A stretch of 64,000 bases of DNA from Eledone cirrhosa (lineage: Eukaryota). Under the pieces are notes generated by a model. It had not been told where the DNA came from. It did not search any database and was given only the letters and a program-made list of their open reading frames with translations. The stretch covers positions 330,398,001-330,462,000 of the forward strand of contig OZ024742.1 of the NCBI GenBank assembly GCA_964016885.1, written 5' to 3'. The position numbers were made by a program, and so were the translations under genes. This document shows, one piece after another, positions 41,011-54,199 of this stretch (position 1 is its first letter; every line of letters begins with the position of its first letter).

Positions 41011-41146
41011 AGAAATACCACAGACCCTCCATCTCAACTCTACTTTTGAAAACCAGAAGAACTGCGAAACCGGTAAAGGAACCAAATAAATATATATATC
41101 TTTTTAAAAATAAGACTCCAGTTGCCATTTCGATTTCATCTTTTTT

Positions 41147-41177
<31 letters not shown>

Positions 41178-41370
41178 GGAAAATGTATGACCCCGACGGC
41201 AGAGCTCAAGCCGTTTCGACGCCGATTTCTGGACTGAAATAGCCGTCGAAACGGCTTGAGCTCTGGCGTCGGTGTCATACTTTTTCCTGTTTCCCACACT
41301 ACTACCCTAAATATTGAGTATTCTCGTGCGTTATGGTCCATCTGGTTTCTTACCACAATTCCTTTGTTTT
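41178..41370. mobile_element. Fold-back pair of pLTR 3' pieces, same family as 37831-38228
   Basis: 41178-41221 and 41244-41287 are inverted copies containing GAAACGGC..G(C/G)CGTC. The plus arm continues to the family 3' terminus GGTCCATCTGGTTTCTTACCACA and (TA)n. Confidence 0.8.
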
Positions 41371-41418
41371 ATATATATATAAATATATATATATAAAGAA
41401 AAACGAAAAATCAATGGT

Positions 41419-41556
41419 GCATCGGAACTCAATTTATTGCGTATTACAACTGTTTCCCAAGCGAACAGCTCGAGAAGCGATCTGTGTGTGGATCGACCCA
41501 ACTCTTGATTCGCAGTTGGAAACAATTGCAATACGCAATAAATTGAGTTCCGATGC
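41419..41556. repeat. Inverted repeat with ~39-bp arms
   Basis: GCATCGGAACTCAATTTATTGCGTATTACAACTGTTTCC and GGAAACAATTGCAATACGCAATAAATTGAGTTCCGATGC; two mismatches. Confidence 0.9.
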
Positions 41557-41657
41557 TTCACTGAAGTTTCCTTTTCCATTCTATCATAATCTGCTCTGTA
41601 GGAGCATAGAGTGCTCATCCGGCATACCACCTCTGGACGCATCTTAGCTACCATAAG

Positions 41658-41693
<36 letters not shown>

Positions 41694-41694
41694 C

Positions 41695-41747
<53 letters not shown>

Positions 41748-41777
41748 GGAGAGAGAGAGAAAGAGAGAGAGAAAGAA

Positions 41778-41821
<44 letters not shown>

Positions 41822-42380
41822 GTGTGCCTGTGTGTGTGTGTATGTGTGTGCCTGTGTGTGTTTGTTTTTGTGTTTTGGCATTTGATACATAATCGTAATA
41901 AGTGCGAGCTCCGACAGCGCGTTGCATTCTTGAACAGGACACTCTCACGTTCTGTCTGTTCCATTGATTGGATCAAGTGGAACAATCGAAGTCGTTCCCG
42001 ACGGAGTGCCAGTTCCTGTGCTTGTTTGTGCATATCTTCAATCGAATTGCAGACACTCCCTTAACATTTTTGAAACATTAATTAATTCAGTGAGCCATTG
42101 ATTGGTTCATTATAATTCTCTTATAAGCGATGGTATTGCCAACAATTGCGGAAAGACTAATAGTCGATTGGTTAATATAGAGTGAACTCGTATTCAATAT
42201 ATTGTAGTGTTTAACATGAGATCATATTAAATTGTCTGATCTATCTACATGTCGAATAGAACCATTTTCCAAACCCTACTATCCTGAACAGAACCAGGTT
42301 TGCTATTAAATTGGTGGATAATATTTAAATCCTTTACTGTAAGCAATAATGTACAAAATCTTATGGATATATATACTATT

Positions 42381-42498
<118 letters not shown>

Positions 42499-42656
42499 TA
42501 GATAAATATACACGGGTGTGTATGATTGTGTATAGAAGATTATATTAATAAGAGGAATTCCAACTTTGATTTACTCGTTTTATTTACAATCCTTTAAAAT
42601 TTATAATGGTATTATAATGAAATAGTATGATAGAATATTAAATTCTAAGTGTTAAT

Positions 42657-42695
42657 TGAACAAGTATTTTCATGCTTTTGCAATCTTCAGGTTCA
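42657..42695 (-). ncRNA. Minimal hammerhead in the 3' pLTR (stem III substitution)
   Basis: TGAAC-CTGAAGA-tTGCaaaaGCAt-GAAA-ATAC-TT-GTTCA. Confidence 0.7.
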
Positions 42696-43009
42696 TAATA
42701 TGTGGTGACAGTCATGTTTGCAATTTTCAACTGTAATAAGATGGGTAAATTTTCTACCTTTTATACATTTTATACAGGGAAAAGTGGCTCCAGAATCCTA
42801 AGTTTTGCAAACTGTATTTCGACTAATTAGTGTGTAGTTTCACTGAATTACTAAAGCTGATTGGTTTAAGCTTGACGGCTGCTTGAGCATGTCTAACGAC
42901 CAATAATTAATCATATCCAAAGCATCAATTGTTTTGCTATTTTTAGAAATGATGAAAATAACATTTTCTATTAATCATCACCATCAACATCACTTTTATT
43001 ATTATTATT

Positions 43010-43045
<36 letters not shown>

Positions 43046-43092
43046 AGTGGTCGTAGTCATAGTGATACTAGAAGTAATACCCCTAAGCGTTA

Positions 43093-45978
43093 TTATTGTT
43101 CATTTAGCTTGGGTTTGAATTTATCAATAAAATTATTTTCTTTGATTTTTCTCTTGATTTCACTTGGGCTTTGTAATTTGTAGAATGGGAATATTATAAA
43201 TATTCCCTGACCACATGTTGCTACTTAGGGGTATCTGACGGACATTTGGGTATCTGATTTGTTGACGGTGTACCCGTGCACGTTCCGATAGTGCATTTCC
43301 AGTTTGACCGACATATATTTCTTCACAATTCGGACATTTAATGCAGTAAATTAGATTTCTGCTTTTGCAGTTCATATTTGCATTTGGGAATATTTTTCCA
43401 GTTTTTGTTTTCATATATTGACCGGCGTGTATGGAGTGACATGTGCCGCATCGACTATCATTGAATTTAGATACAGTGAATGATTGGTCTTTGTTGTTAA
43501 GGTCAACATTTGCTTTTGTCAGTAATTGCTTCAAATTTTTTGGCTGTCTTTTACTAAGAGTCAAAGATCGATCTGTGATTAAGCCTTTTAATTCATTACT
43601 TTGAGCAATGATCGGTAGGTTTGCTTTGGCAGTGTTGAAGATATTCTGGTGACATGGGTTGTGTCATTATAAATGGTATGACCAGTTCTTGGTTTCATCT
43701 TCCTTGGGTTGTCCTAAGTTGTTGTATAGGTATTTTTATAGCCCGCTGTATGCCATTTTCTATAAGTAGAGATGGGTATTTTTGTTTGATCTAAAATTCT
43801 CTTCGTTCTGTTAGGCGTTTGTACCTGGTATTCGTATCTTCTACAATGGTACAAATTCCTCTGGCTAGGCAGTATGGGATGTTGCGTTTTGTATGAGGTG
43901 GATGTCACGATTCAGATATTGATGGGTGTCTGTGTGTTTATAATATATATCCGTGGTAATGGTGGTGTCGTTTTTGATTATCATTATATCAAGGAATGGT
44001 AATTTGGTCCTACTCATCTCTTTTGTGAATTGGACAGATGGGTGTAGGTTATTCAGGAGGATATTGAACTCATCCAGAGTATCTAGAGATTTTGTCCAGA
44101 TGATGAAACAGTCGTCAAGGTATCTCTTCCAAAATTGTTCAATGTACTTTCTAAAGTCAGTACTATATTTTTCCTCTATTTCTTGGTAGAGTTGTTGTTC
44201 TAAGTATCCCATTACAGAGTTCGCGTAAACGGGAGCAAACTTCGTTCCCATCGCTGTGCCTCTAATTTGGATGTAATTATTTCCATTGAAGAAGAAAGTG
44301 TTGTTTTCCAGAATAAGTTTAACTGCGTCTAATATAAATGGCGCTGTGAATCTGATGGGAATCACTTCTCTATGTTTTTCCACCCAGTATTTAACCGCCT
44401 TTATTCCTAAATCATGTGTAATGTTGGTGTAAAGGCTTACCACATCAAAACTGATTAGAAGTGAATTTGTTTCCGTGGTTTTGGAAAGATGGGACAGGAA
44501 GTCGATATCATCCCGGATGAAACTGGTTATGTGAATGCATAGTGGTTTCAAAATAATGTCAACAAAATTGCTGAGACGGTGGGTGGGGCATGTTGGACCA
44601 GCTATAATAGGTCTAAGTTTTAAGTCTTTTGGGTGTAATAATTTAATGTACTCACTGTTTTGTTCTCTTACTGCCAGTTGTATTTCTTTTGACTTATGAA
44701 CTTTCGGTAGGCCAAACAGGTTGCTGGGTTTCGGCTCAAAATTGGTGATGTAGTCTCTTTCCTTATCAGTAAGTGAGTTGTGGTATTTTGAAGCCAGGTT
44801 GTTGATCTTCTTCATGATGTTGTGGTCTATATTTGACGGTATTTCATGATAGAATGTTGTGTCTTTCAGTTGTTCCTCAACCAAATCCTTGTAGTATTCA
44901 GTATCCACTATAACAACTGCACCCCCTTTATCTGCTTGTTTAATTATTATTGTTTTATCATTTTGTATACGTTTAAGTGCAGACATTTCTGATTTGTTAA
45001 TGTTTGGCCTAACATTAGTATTATGTCTAAGAGGAAATTTAGACAGGATGTCAATGTATTAGTCGAGATAGATATTTCTTCCTTTTGGCGGAGTGAAATT
45101 TGATTTATTCTTTACTAGTGACTCATCACTCTCATTACTTTTATCAGCGAAGAATTCTACAAGACGTAATTTTCGACAGAATTCTTGGGTATCCTCCTTC
45201 AGTTCTTGATGGTTGACTGTTGGAGTCGGTGTGAATTTCAGTCCTTTTGACAGAATTTGCATTTCATCATTGTCAAGATCTCTTTTAGATAAATTAATTA
45301 TTTTAGGATCTACGTGTACAGTTGTTTTGGGTATGTTTCCTCCTGGAATTTTTCTTTTTCCGGTGTTTGTTGTCCTGACGTTAAAAAATGGATTTTTCTC
45401 TGTTCAGGATTTATATTCCTGTTGGTGTTCGCTTGATGAACTTTTGGTCGTGATATTATATTTGGTTTCGTTATGTATTTTGTCCTATTTTTGGTATTCT
45501 GTATATTATTTTTCATCCTGTTAGCATTATTTTTAAGAATCTGTGGATATGACCTAGATTTGCTTTCAGGTTTAGATGGTTTTTTCGTCCAGTTTCTTGT
45601 GGGCAATGTCTGTTGAGATCTTGAGAGTGATCTGGTTATTCTACGTTTTGTTTTCACATTCCTTGTTGGTAGTCTCTGTTGAGATCTTGAGAATGATCTC
45701 CTGGTTTTACTACTTCTCATGGTCTGGTCAAAGGAATATCTATCGTTTTGTGCTTTTTGTTCATGTTGTGTGCGATAGGGTGTTTTTGTAGAAAAAGCGA
45801 AGAGTTATTACCGTAGTTCTTCTTTGATTCAAGGTAAGGTGAGTGTTTGTGTTGGCACGTGTTCTGGCGTATGTTGTGTTGATGAGATTGTCCACTTTTA
45901 ATGCTTTTTCTCAGGGTTCCAGAGTCTTTACCGTAATTTGCAGCATATTCGTCGAGAAATAATTGTTTTTGCTGCCAT
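43093..45978 (-). pseudogene. PLE ORF (RT and GIY-YIG endonuclease), frameshifted
   Basis: LSKGLKFTPTP, ADKGGAVV, GLPKVHK, LRPII, FDVVSLYTNI, GTAMGT, RYLDD, LPFLD, Cys linker RCGTC, NLIYCIKC...YVGQT. Ends KFKPKLNEQ* at 43093. The ATG at 45978 is a tentative start. Confidence 0.92.
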
Positions 45979-46378
45979 ACCTTTCTACTATCTACTATGA
46001 CTATCTACTTCTACTATCACTATGACTACGACCACTAACAACAAAACAACAACAACAACAACAATAATAATAATAATAAAAGTGATGTTGATGGTGATGA
46101 TTAATAGAAATGCTATTTTCATCATTTCTAAAAATAGCAAAACAATTGATGCTTTGGAAATGATTAATTATTGGTCGTTAGACATGCTCAACCAGCCGTC
46201 AAGCTTAAACCAATCAGCTTTAGTAATTCTGTGAAACTACTCACTGATTGGTCGAAATACAGTTTGCAAGACTTAGGATTCTGGAGCCACTTTTCCCTGT
46301 ATAAAATGTATAAAAGGTAGAAAATTTACCCATCTTATTACAGTTGAAAATTGCAAACTTGACTGTCACCACATATTA

Positions 46379-46417
46379 TGAACCTGAAGATTGCGAAAGC
46401 ATGAAAGTACTTGTTCA
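46379..46417 (+). ncRNA. Minimal hammerhead in the inverted 5' pLTR
   Basis: TGAAC-CTGAAGA-tTGC-GAAA-GCAt-GAAA-GTAC-TT-GTTCA. GNRA loop II; palindromic AAGTACTT stem III. Confidence 0.87.
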
Positions 46418-49400
46418 ATTAACACTTACGATTTAATATTCTGTCATACTATTTCATTATAATACCATTATAAATGTTAAAGGATTGTAAATAAAACGAG
46501 TAAATCAGACAAAGTTGGAATTCCACTTATTAATATATATATATATACATGGATAGTATATGTTTCTCAACTCGAATTTCCGAAATTGAAGGATTCATTA
46601 TTATTCATATTGACGTAGGTGAATTAAAGCATGAAGCCTAAAGTAATATATCAAATATCTCCGTGGCTTTAACATTTACAAACGCAACTACATTTGCACA
46701 CTCGCCAATTATAATATCCAAACAATTGTGTATATGTACATGCAGTAACAGCCCCGATTTACTCAACTTTCGTCATAAATTCATTTTCCCTATATGAACA
46801 CTTAGACACGTTCACATAAAATATCCTTCATAGGGAAATTTATATTTAGTGCAGGCTTGTCCGGCTAGATGTAATTAGGGATATACCTATCACGAAATCC
46901 TTCAGAACAATTGAGAATATGAACAAATTCACAATGGTATAACATATAATAAACATACATCTATTTTCCCAGTGAATATATAATAGACGAATACCTGTCA
47001 GCTATTTTAATGAGCAGGATGGATGTGCTTGATGCATTTCCGTGTCATAGAATATGGTGGGCAAATCTCACATATGTGCTGATGCTGACAAGAACACGCA
47101 TATTCGCTGATAGTTGATATATCAATAATCTGGAAAAATATACCATTGCAGAGTTTAAGTAATCACAACGTCAGAAACACGAAATACTAAAACAACATCA
47201 ATACTATTTTAATAAATTTCCTAGGTAGGGTTGCTTTGATTTTTTTTAAGCTAGAGAACAATGGAAGACATTATCATTAGCCATTAATGATGCTCGAGTG
47301 GTTGTAAAAACAGTGTTCCTCTTCGATAGCAGCAACAGAAAAATAGCACACGCTATGGCAATATGACAATTTCCTTGACATTCAATTTCCAATTCATGAA
47401 GTCTGTAATTGAGATTATTTTTAAAGGATTTTGGTTTTATTGTATTTCTCAGTAACACGTTGAGCGAATATAATCTTTTTTGTATAAGGTTATGTGTCTC
47501 AGGAGCGATGTTCAATCAGTAAAGAGACGAGAAAATAATATATCGAAATGCTGTATCATTAATAGAATCAAAGCTAAATGTTCTATATCATGAGTTAAAT
47601 ATTTCCGTTGATAGTTTTAACTAAAAATATTATTGAAATTGCTTATGGACATGATTTTATCGTTCTGTATAATATATTTACTGTTATTAGTGCAACTTGT
47701 TGTTCGTTATTTTTGTATTATTTTATGGATTTATTTTTAATTCGGTTAAAAGGAAGAATAAGTAAAAACAAAAACGAAATAGATTTGCTGAAATAGTTAT
47801 GAGTAGCATACGGTACATAGAATGAAGGAACGAGAGAGAGAGAAATGGGGTAAAGAGACGAATAAAAGGGACAGAAAAAGCGGGAAAAGATAGGACACGA
47901 GTAATACAAGACAAATGCTAAGGTAAAAGACGAATATAGAAAGACTTCTCCCTTGAAGAAAGCGGGGATAGAACGGGTAGAGAGTGAATATACATCCCGT
48001 TTAAATGCAGATGATATATACTATCTTGTGTAGGAGTAAAACCAATAACATAAGATAGGCACACCGATTGAGAGATTGATAAGACAGAAATAAAATTACA
48101 ATGATTTAATGTCATAATAAAGCTATGCAGAGATTTAATATTGATGAGAAAAATTAAATCTGAAAGGAATCTTGCATTACAATTATTTTAGATGATTATT
48201 ATATTAACGCAATTTCCTTACGAAGACCCACCCAACAACAAGATAAGACAAATCCCAAGTAAGCCAAAATACAGCACACACAAAACAATCGCCAGAATAT
48301 ATAAATTTAAATCCAAATTACAAAGATGATGCAGTTCCTTTGACTAATGCTGTCGCTGGAGATTTAAGAAGATGTCAGATATGAGGCGATGCCTTTACTT
48401 GAAGATTTTGTTATGTGAGAAATTGCTTTCCACAGAGCCAATCTCTATACCCGCACATTGAATGCATTTACCAAAAAGGTAGAACTGGTCTGCATCATTG
48501 GATACAAATGAAGTCGCAGGTTTTACACCATAGGGACTATCTCCTAGAGAGATGTCTTAATGAAGAATATGGGTCTCTAATTTCACTGACTTTCTCATAA
48601 GAATGAAATTGAAAATGAAATATGTATCTATTATGGAGGGGGGGGGGGTGTTTCTTTGGGCAATTGGGAGTAACAAAACTAATAATTTTCTTACAGTGAT
48701 GTATAAACTATTTTATGATGCACTATTACTAACACGATTGGCAGGCATTTGTTGCGCAGTGCCGTGGTCAAGTGTTTCTGTTAATGATATCCGATGTCAC
48801 ATCTTACGTTGAAACATAAGTAGATGTATTGAAGGAGGATCATACAGTCAATCAATCTATATACATTGATTGAGTCCACTTCAGTTTAATTATTTATCAA
48901 GTAATACATCCATAAATCAGTTCGTTAATCAACTAATTAATTAGTTATGAATTTCCATTCGTCAGATTATGTAACTTTATCGATAACAAACTTGCCGTGC
49001 GTGTCCTTTACTCGTGTGCAATTAATTCAATTCTTGGACGTAATAAGGAAAAGGAAGCATTACGTTTATCTATGTACATGCGTTACCTGATATGACATCC
49101 TCATCAATACTCTGAAAATATTTATTCTATTGTCTTCAGATCAATATTTTTTCGTCTGGATTTGCTGAGTATCTTGAAAATTTCCTTCATAGACTGTAAG
49201 TTTTAAAATATGCTGATACAGAAGACTGCATTAATAATGACACATATAGTATGAAGAAAACATCAATACTGCATTAAACCAAACGTCATATAATTTCTTC
49301 CAGGCATGGAGAGAAAAATCTTATTTTCTAAAATATATTGCAACAAGAAAATCACAATAGGAAATAGGCATATTGTAAAAGCAACATTTAACGATATACA

Positions 49401-50647
49401 TATCATATGACAATACATGTTATATTCGGAGTTTCAGTTAATGAAATATGGTGAGATTTAAGCAACATATCCATAAATGGAATGGAACTGACCCCTGTCA
49501 GTTCGGACGAAGGGACTTCCATCAATTTGATCACTGAAACAGGCTACTCATGAACTTAAGATGTATGTTGTTTTACCTTGTACAGGCATGTGTATCTTTA
49601 ACATATTCATTAGGGAATTTTAATATGATACTACGTTTCATATGGCTGACACTTTAAGTTATGTTACAGATCACCCGACCGAATTCCAAACATATTCCGT
49701 TTACCACAGTTCAATTGCAAGATGTGGGTTGATACAAGACTGGTATACAACATGTTTATACGATGCTGCCTAATGATGTCGAAAAGCAACTATGCATCTT
49801 TCACCTAGTCATATACACATGCATTGAAATTGTTTATATTGTAGATCATGTACATGAGTGTGATTGCGTATGAAATATAATGACAATTTAGAATTAAGAA
49901 AACCAAAATATTCGAAATGATGATGATACTTAAGATCGCAGATTTCAAAAATATAAATCGCAATACTAAATAACCCAAATGAATTATGATGGCCGTTCCT
50001 GCAATGACTTTAACATAACGCATGACAGTGTTAGTACAGTTTCACGCTTTGCAGTGGTACAGCATATGAGTGATTGCTTTTTTGGTGTGATGCATGTGGG
50101 ACAATAATCAAACATAAATAATGAATAGGTAGGGAAATTTACTTTAGTTATATAACACATACAGAGATAAATACGTACAACATTATGACTAGAAATAAAT
50201 GTACAACATACAATTCATATATGTGTACAATACCATGTAGCGGAGGCAGGGGGAAATTACTTTCTTTAGTGAGGGGCTCAATGAAATAAATCATGACCTG
50301 CACCTACTAGAATTCCAGGCCGAAAGGACAAATAAATGGCCTACTGGTAACAGGAGGCAGCTAGAAGGGATATAGTAAATAAATAAGGAAATGTTGCTGG
50401 AGAATTAAATAGAGAAGGAGAGAGTGAGAGGGCGAACAAAGGATGAATATATTTTGAAGTGAGTGAGAACGGAATTAATACATCTGAGTTAATATAACGA
50501 TGAATAAATCATTTATTTCCGTTGAATTTTATATATTTGCGAAGAGAAATATAGAATATAAAGAGGTAAAGGAATAAGAAATATAAAAGTGAGATGAATG
50601 TTGAGTAAGAAAATTCTGTACACAACATTATTATTATATATTAAAGG

Positions 50648-50832
50648 GGCGGTCGATTGGCAGTATCGGTAGAGGGTCGGACACCATGCTTTCCAGCATA
50701 GTTACGTCCCTTTACGATCTGCGTTCAAATCCCGCCGAGGTTAACTTAGCCTTTCATCCTTACGGGGTCGATAAAATAAAGTACCAGTAATGAACTGGGT
50801 AATTGCTGGCCTTGTGCCTAAAGTAGAAACAA
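50648..50832 (+). mobile_element. tRNA-derived SINE resembling the octopus OK family
   Basis: GGCGGTCGATTGGCAGTATCGGTAG (A box)...GTTCAAATCCCGCCGAGGT (B box)...CCTTTCATCCTTACGGGGTCGATAAAATAAAGTACCAGT. The family name is from recalled consensus, not a search. Confidence 0.8.
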
Positions 50833-51100
50833 TTATTATTATATATTAAAAGAAATATTTGTATGACTATACATATATAAGATATTCAATGATTGGTATA
50901 TAAGTTATTTACTGTTATCTCCATATGCCTTCAAGTTTTTTCGTTAATACACCACCTGTCAATGGCATAATTGTTGTTTTTCTTATTGTTATTTCTTTAC
51001 TGATAAATTCATTGTGGGTTATCGTTTTGTCTATGGTAGTATTGTAGATATCGATTATGTAGTTATTCTTACTTCTACCTATGATGATGATGATAATGCA

Positions 51101-51139
<39 letters not shown>

Positions 51140-51261
51140 AACATTGATGCAATTCAATTCAAGCACTCAACGTACTTTTTCCACATAGGAGTGACGGAGT
51201 AAATATCGAATAAGTGATAGCGAAGTAGTTTCAGATGTTCAAGTCCTTTAATAATAATGCT

Positions 51262-51317
<56 letters not shown>

Positions 51318-52639
51318 CGCTCGTTAATGACGATGTTTTGGCTGTTGTCTTTTAAGATTTAACTGTCACATTTACTTTTTCACTAGTAGTTATGCAGATA
51401 CATGATCCATGAGTTCCAATGTATTCAGTTGTTTAGACAAGCTCTCCATATTGTATGTACTTCATTTATAAAGATAGCGCGGTGTAATAAGTGACGAATT
51501 GTCTTTATTGATAAGGTTGGCTAGAATAATTTGCGTTAGTCGTTTCCGTTTTCTTCGCACTTATTACAAATACTGCCAAGATCAACTTTAAACTTCATCC
51601 TTCTGCCTCGATGAAGTAGCAATTCAGTAGTGGTGTTGATTATACTCCGCCCCTCTCTCTTCTCTCTCTCTCTCTCTATATATATACCTATCTGTCTATA
51701 TATCTCTATCTCTCTCTTACACACTCTCTCTCTCCTCCATCCACTATGAGTTCAGGGACCAAGGGAAATATATTTGTGATGACATTCTAACATATCAAAT
51801 CACTAAATAACGTTCCCATATTGTTAGCAAGTGTAACCTACAGTTTTGGTGGGTATGTGCACATGCCAATTCTGTCTTCTTTTTATTTTAGCACTTGATT
51901 TGGAAAAGAAACCTCAACTATGTAGACATTGATTTTCTTTAATCCCAATTTACGTACCAATTTGGTGGTTGGAATGTTTACAGTGCGTCTTATTCTAAAG
52001 GCAAACTAAACTCTTCATTGAATTAACAAAAGAAATAGATTATGTTAAATGCGAAGTGAAAATAATCACATTTTCTGCAGATGTTCATTCATGTTCAATC
52101 TTTTCTACCACATATATATTGACGTGTTTAAAATTCATATTAAATATGCAAAATCTATTGAACCGAAGTAGACAATTGTTGCTCGAATATCTACTGAATA
52201 GTAGTACTGCTGTAGGAGCTGAAATTAGAATTGTATGAGATATACCTGTATATACTGCTAATAAATTTCATATAATAATTCGCACATTATCGTAAAATAT
52301 ACGGTGAAGTTAACAAAAGAACATTAGTAACATTAAAAATACTATAGGAATTAGCCTCATCTTACCTGAATATTTATTGGGGAAATATCGAAAGTTTTCA
52401 CTCATTATATTGAAAGTGGTGACGTCTCTGGAGAGAGGAAACCCATAATTAAATGAAACACATTGAATTAAATATATAGAAGCCACAACAATAGTTATAC
52501 ATTTACATACGTTTAATCAAATAAAAGAAAATAAGATAAACTAAGTTAATATTAACAGCTATTTTACCTCGTATTATGAGCATGAGCTGCATGCAGGAAA
52601 CATATATTCACTATAAAATAGCGTAAATGCAGAAGCCGA

Positions 52640-53810
52640 CGCCTAAGTTAGGACCTGCGGTTCGCTACCATAATCGACGTCTCGCTCTTCGCACACAGAC
52701 ACGCAATGTGCTACCGAAAAGCCGTAGACATATGCTTAGTATTGTCCAGCACACGAGCAACTTGTTCAATTGAATCCGGAATTGTGATTTTGTAGCCATG
52801 CCTAGCCAACGCCACACGCGCCCATCGAAGATCACTCGTTTGCTCGTCTCTTAAAGCATGCGCCTTTGCTCTGAAAATTTAATTTTCGTGTTTTGTATTA
52901 AATAATTGATCTACTGCCATTGTCGCAGGCTAAAGGAAGGCGGATGGGGAAATGTTCACGAGAACCGGATCCGTCCTACATGCGGCATAAATCCACAAGC
53001 AGCAGTGCTCGGACACTCGAAATGTGCGTACAGGATGGTTTCGGCAACCAGTGCGCATCGCGGCGTTTCGCATTTCATGTTGACGTGTGCTCTCGTCAAA
53101 GACCATGTAACTAACTCACTATTCCGGTTACTGTTAGCTTTGCGCGCCGTTAACAAAGCGTACAGCTTTCAGTAGTCGGGTTCCTCTCTATGAAGCCCAT
53201 CTAAATCGAAATGCTCTATGTAGCATACTATATTGACTATGCTAGAACTATTTCATTACAAAACACCATATCTAGATACGGTCTGGATGACTCGATGGGG
53301 TTTGTTCATGTCTGCGTTAGCACATTTGAGAACTCCAGTCGGTATCTGTCAAACAGTTTGAAACGTCTGAGAAGGCTTACAAGGCTTTTACACCCTCTTC
53401 TTCTATCTACTAGACTCACGTAGTCCCAGTGTGCATCTAAGATTCCGTTCCAATCGCATTTTAACATTAAAAAGGAGGACGTTCATAGGAGGTTCTCCAG
53501 TCGCCTGCATAAATCAGGCAATCGTTTCTCTACCGGGCCATAAACGGCCACTTGCCTGAAAGCATAGTCTTTGCTGCTGGTCTTTCCGACAAAACACTGA
53601 CTCCGCATCTAAATCCCGGGCGGCTTAGGGATGCGTACTACTCGTAACTGCCGAAAATTGGTGGGTAGTATTGTGCCTCGAAAAATTTGGTCTCGCTCAT
53701 GGCCACCACGTCTATATTCATTGAACTGAGTTCGTTTAGCAGATGACCCTGCTTTCATGACGACACTAGTCGAAGAGTAGGAAAAGGTAGGAAAGAGCAC
53801 TTAACTCTGT
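52640..53810 (-). mobile_element. Tx1 LINE copy C, deleted and rearranged fragment
   Basis: TAAGTG junction at ~53800, then KQGHLLNEL, DWNGILDAHWDYV, SRYLD and ARKA..NRNSELV, matching the ORF2 N-terminus of copies A and B. Confidence 0.8.
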
Positions 53811-53956
53811 TCTCTGTTGGAAGGAGGGAGGTACCATCCTTATGTAAATATATATATTTCCAATAGAGAGCAAAACTGTAGATTCATATGTGTGTATATG
53901 TATTTGTTTGTATGTTTATGTGCATATTCATATGTTTATATGTGATTATATATCAT

Positions 53957-54038
53957 TTTATCCTTACGGGGTCGATAAAATAAAGTACCAGTAATGCACT
54001 GGGTATTTGCTGGCCTTGTGCCAAAAGTAGAAACAATT
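53957..54038 (+). mobile_element. OK-like SINE 3' half
   Basis: Nearly identical to 50756-50832 (ATCCTTACGGGGTCGATAAAATAAAGTACCAGTAATG...GTAGAAACAATT). Confidence 0.8.
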
Positions 54039-54199
54039 ATATATATGTGAATGTATGTTTAATGTATGCGAATATATGTATATATAATAATTTTGTCTTT
54101 ATCTATATGTGTGTGACGTTGTTTAGGTATATGTAGGTTTACTCGTCTGTGAATGTGTATGTGTGTTGATAACATTCGCCTGTATTGTGTGGCAAGCTG

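Larger units (their letters stand above)
42541..46537 (-). mobile_element. Penelope-like retroelement (Neptune-type RT + GIY-YIG) flanked by inverted pLTRs
   Basis: Coding remnants 43093-~45978 lie between ~535-bp inverted repeats at 42541-43076 and 46006-46537. Confidence 0.93.
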
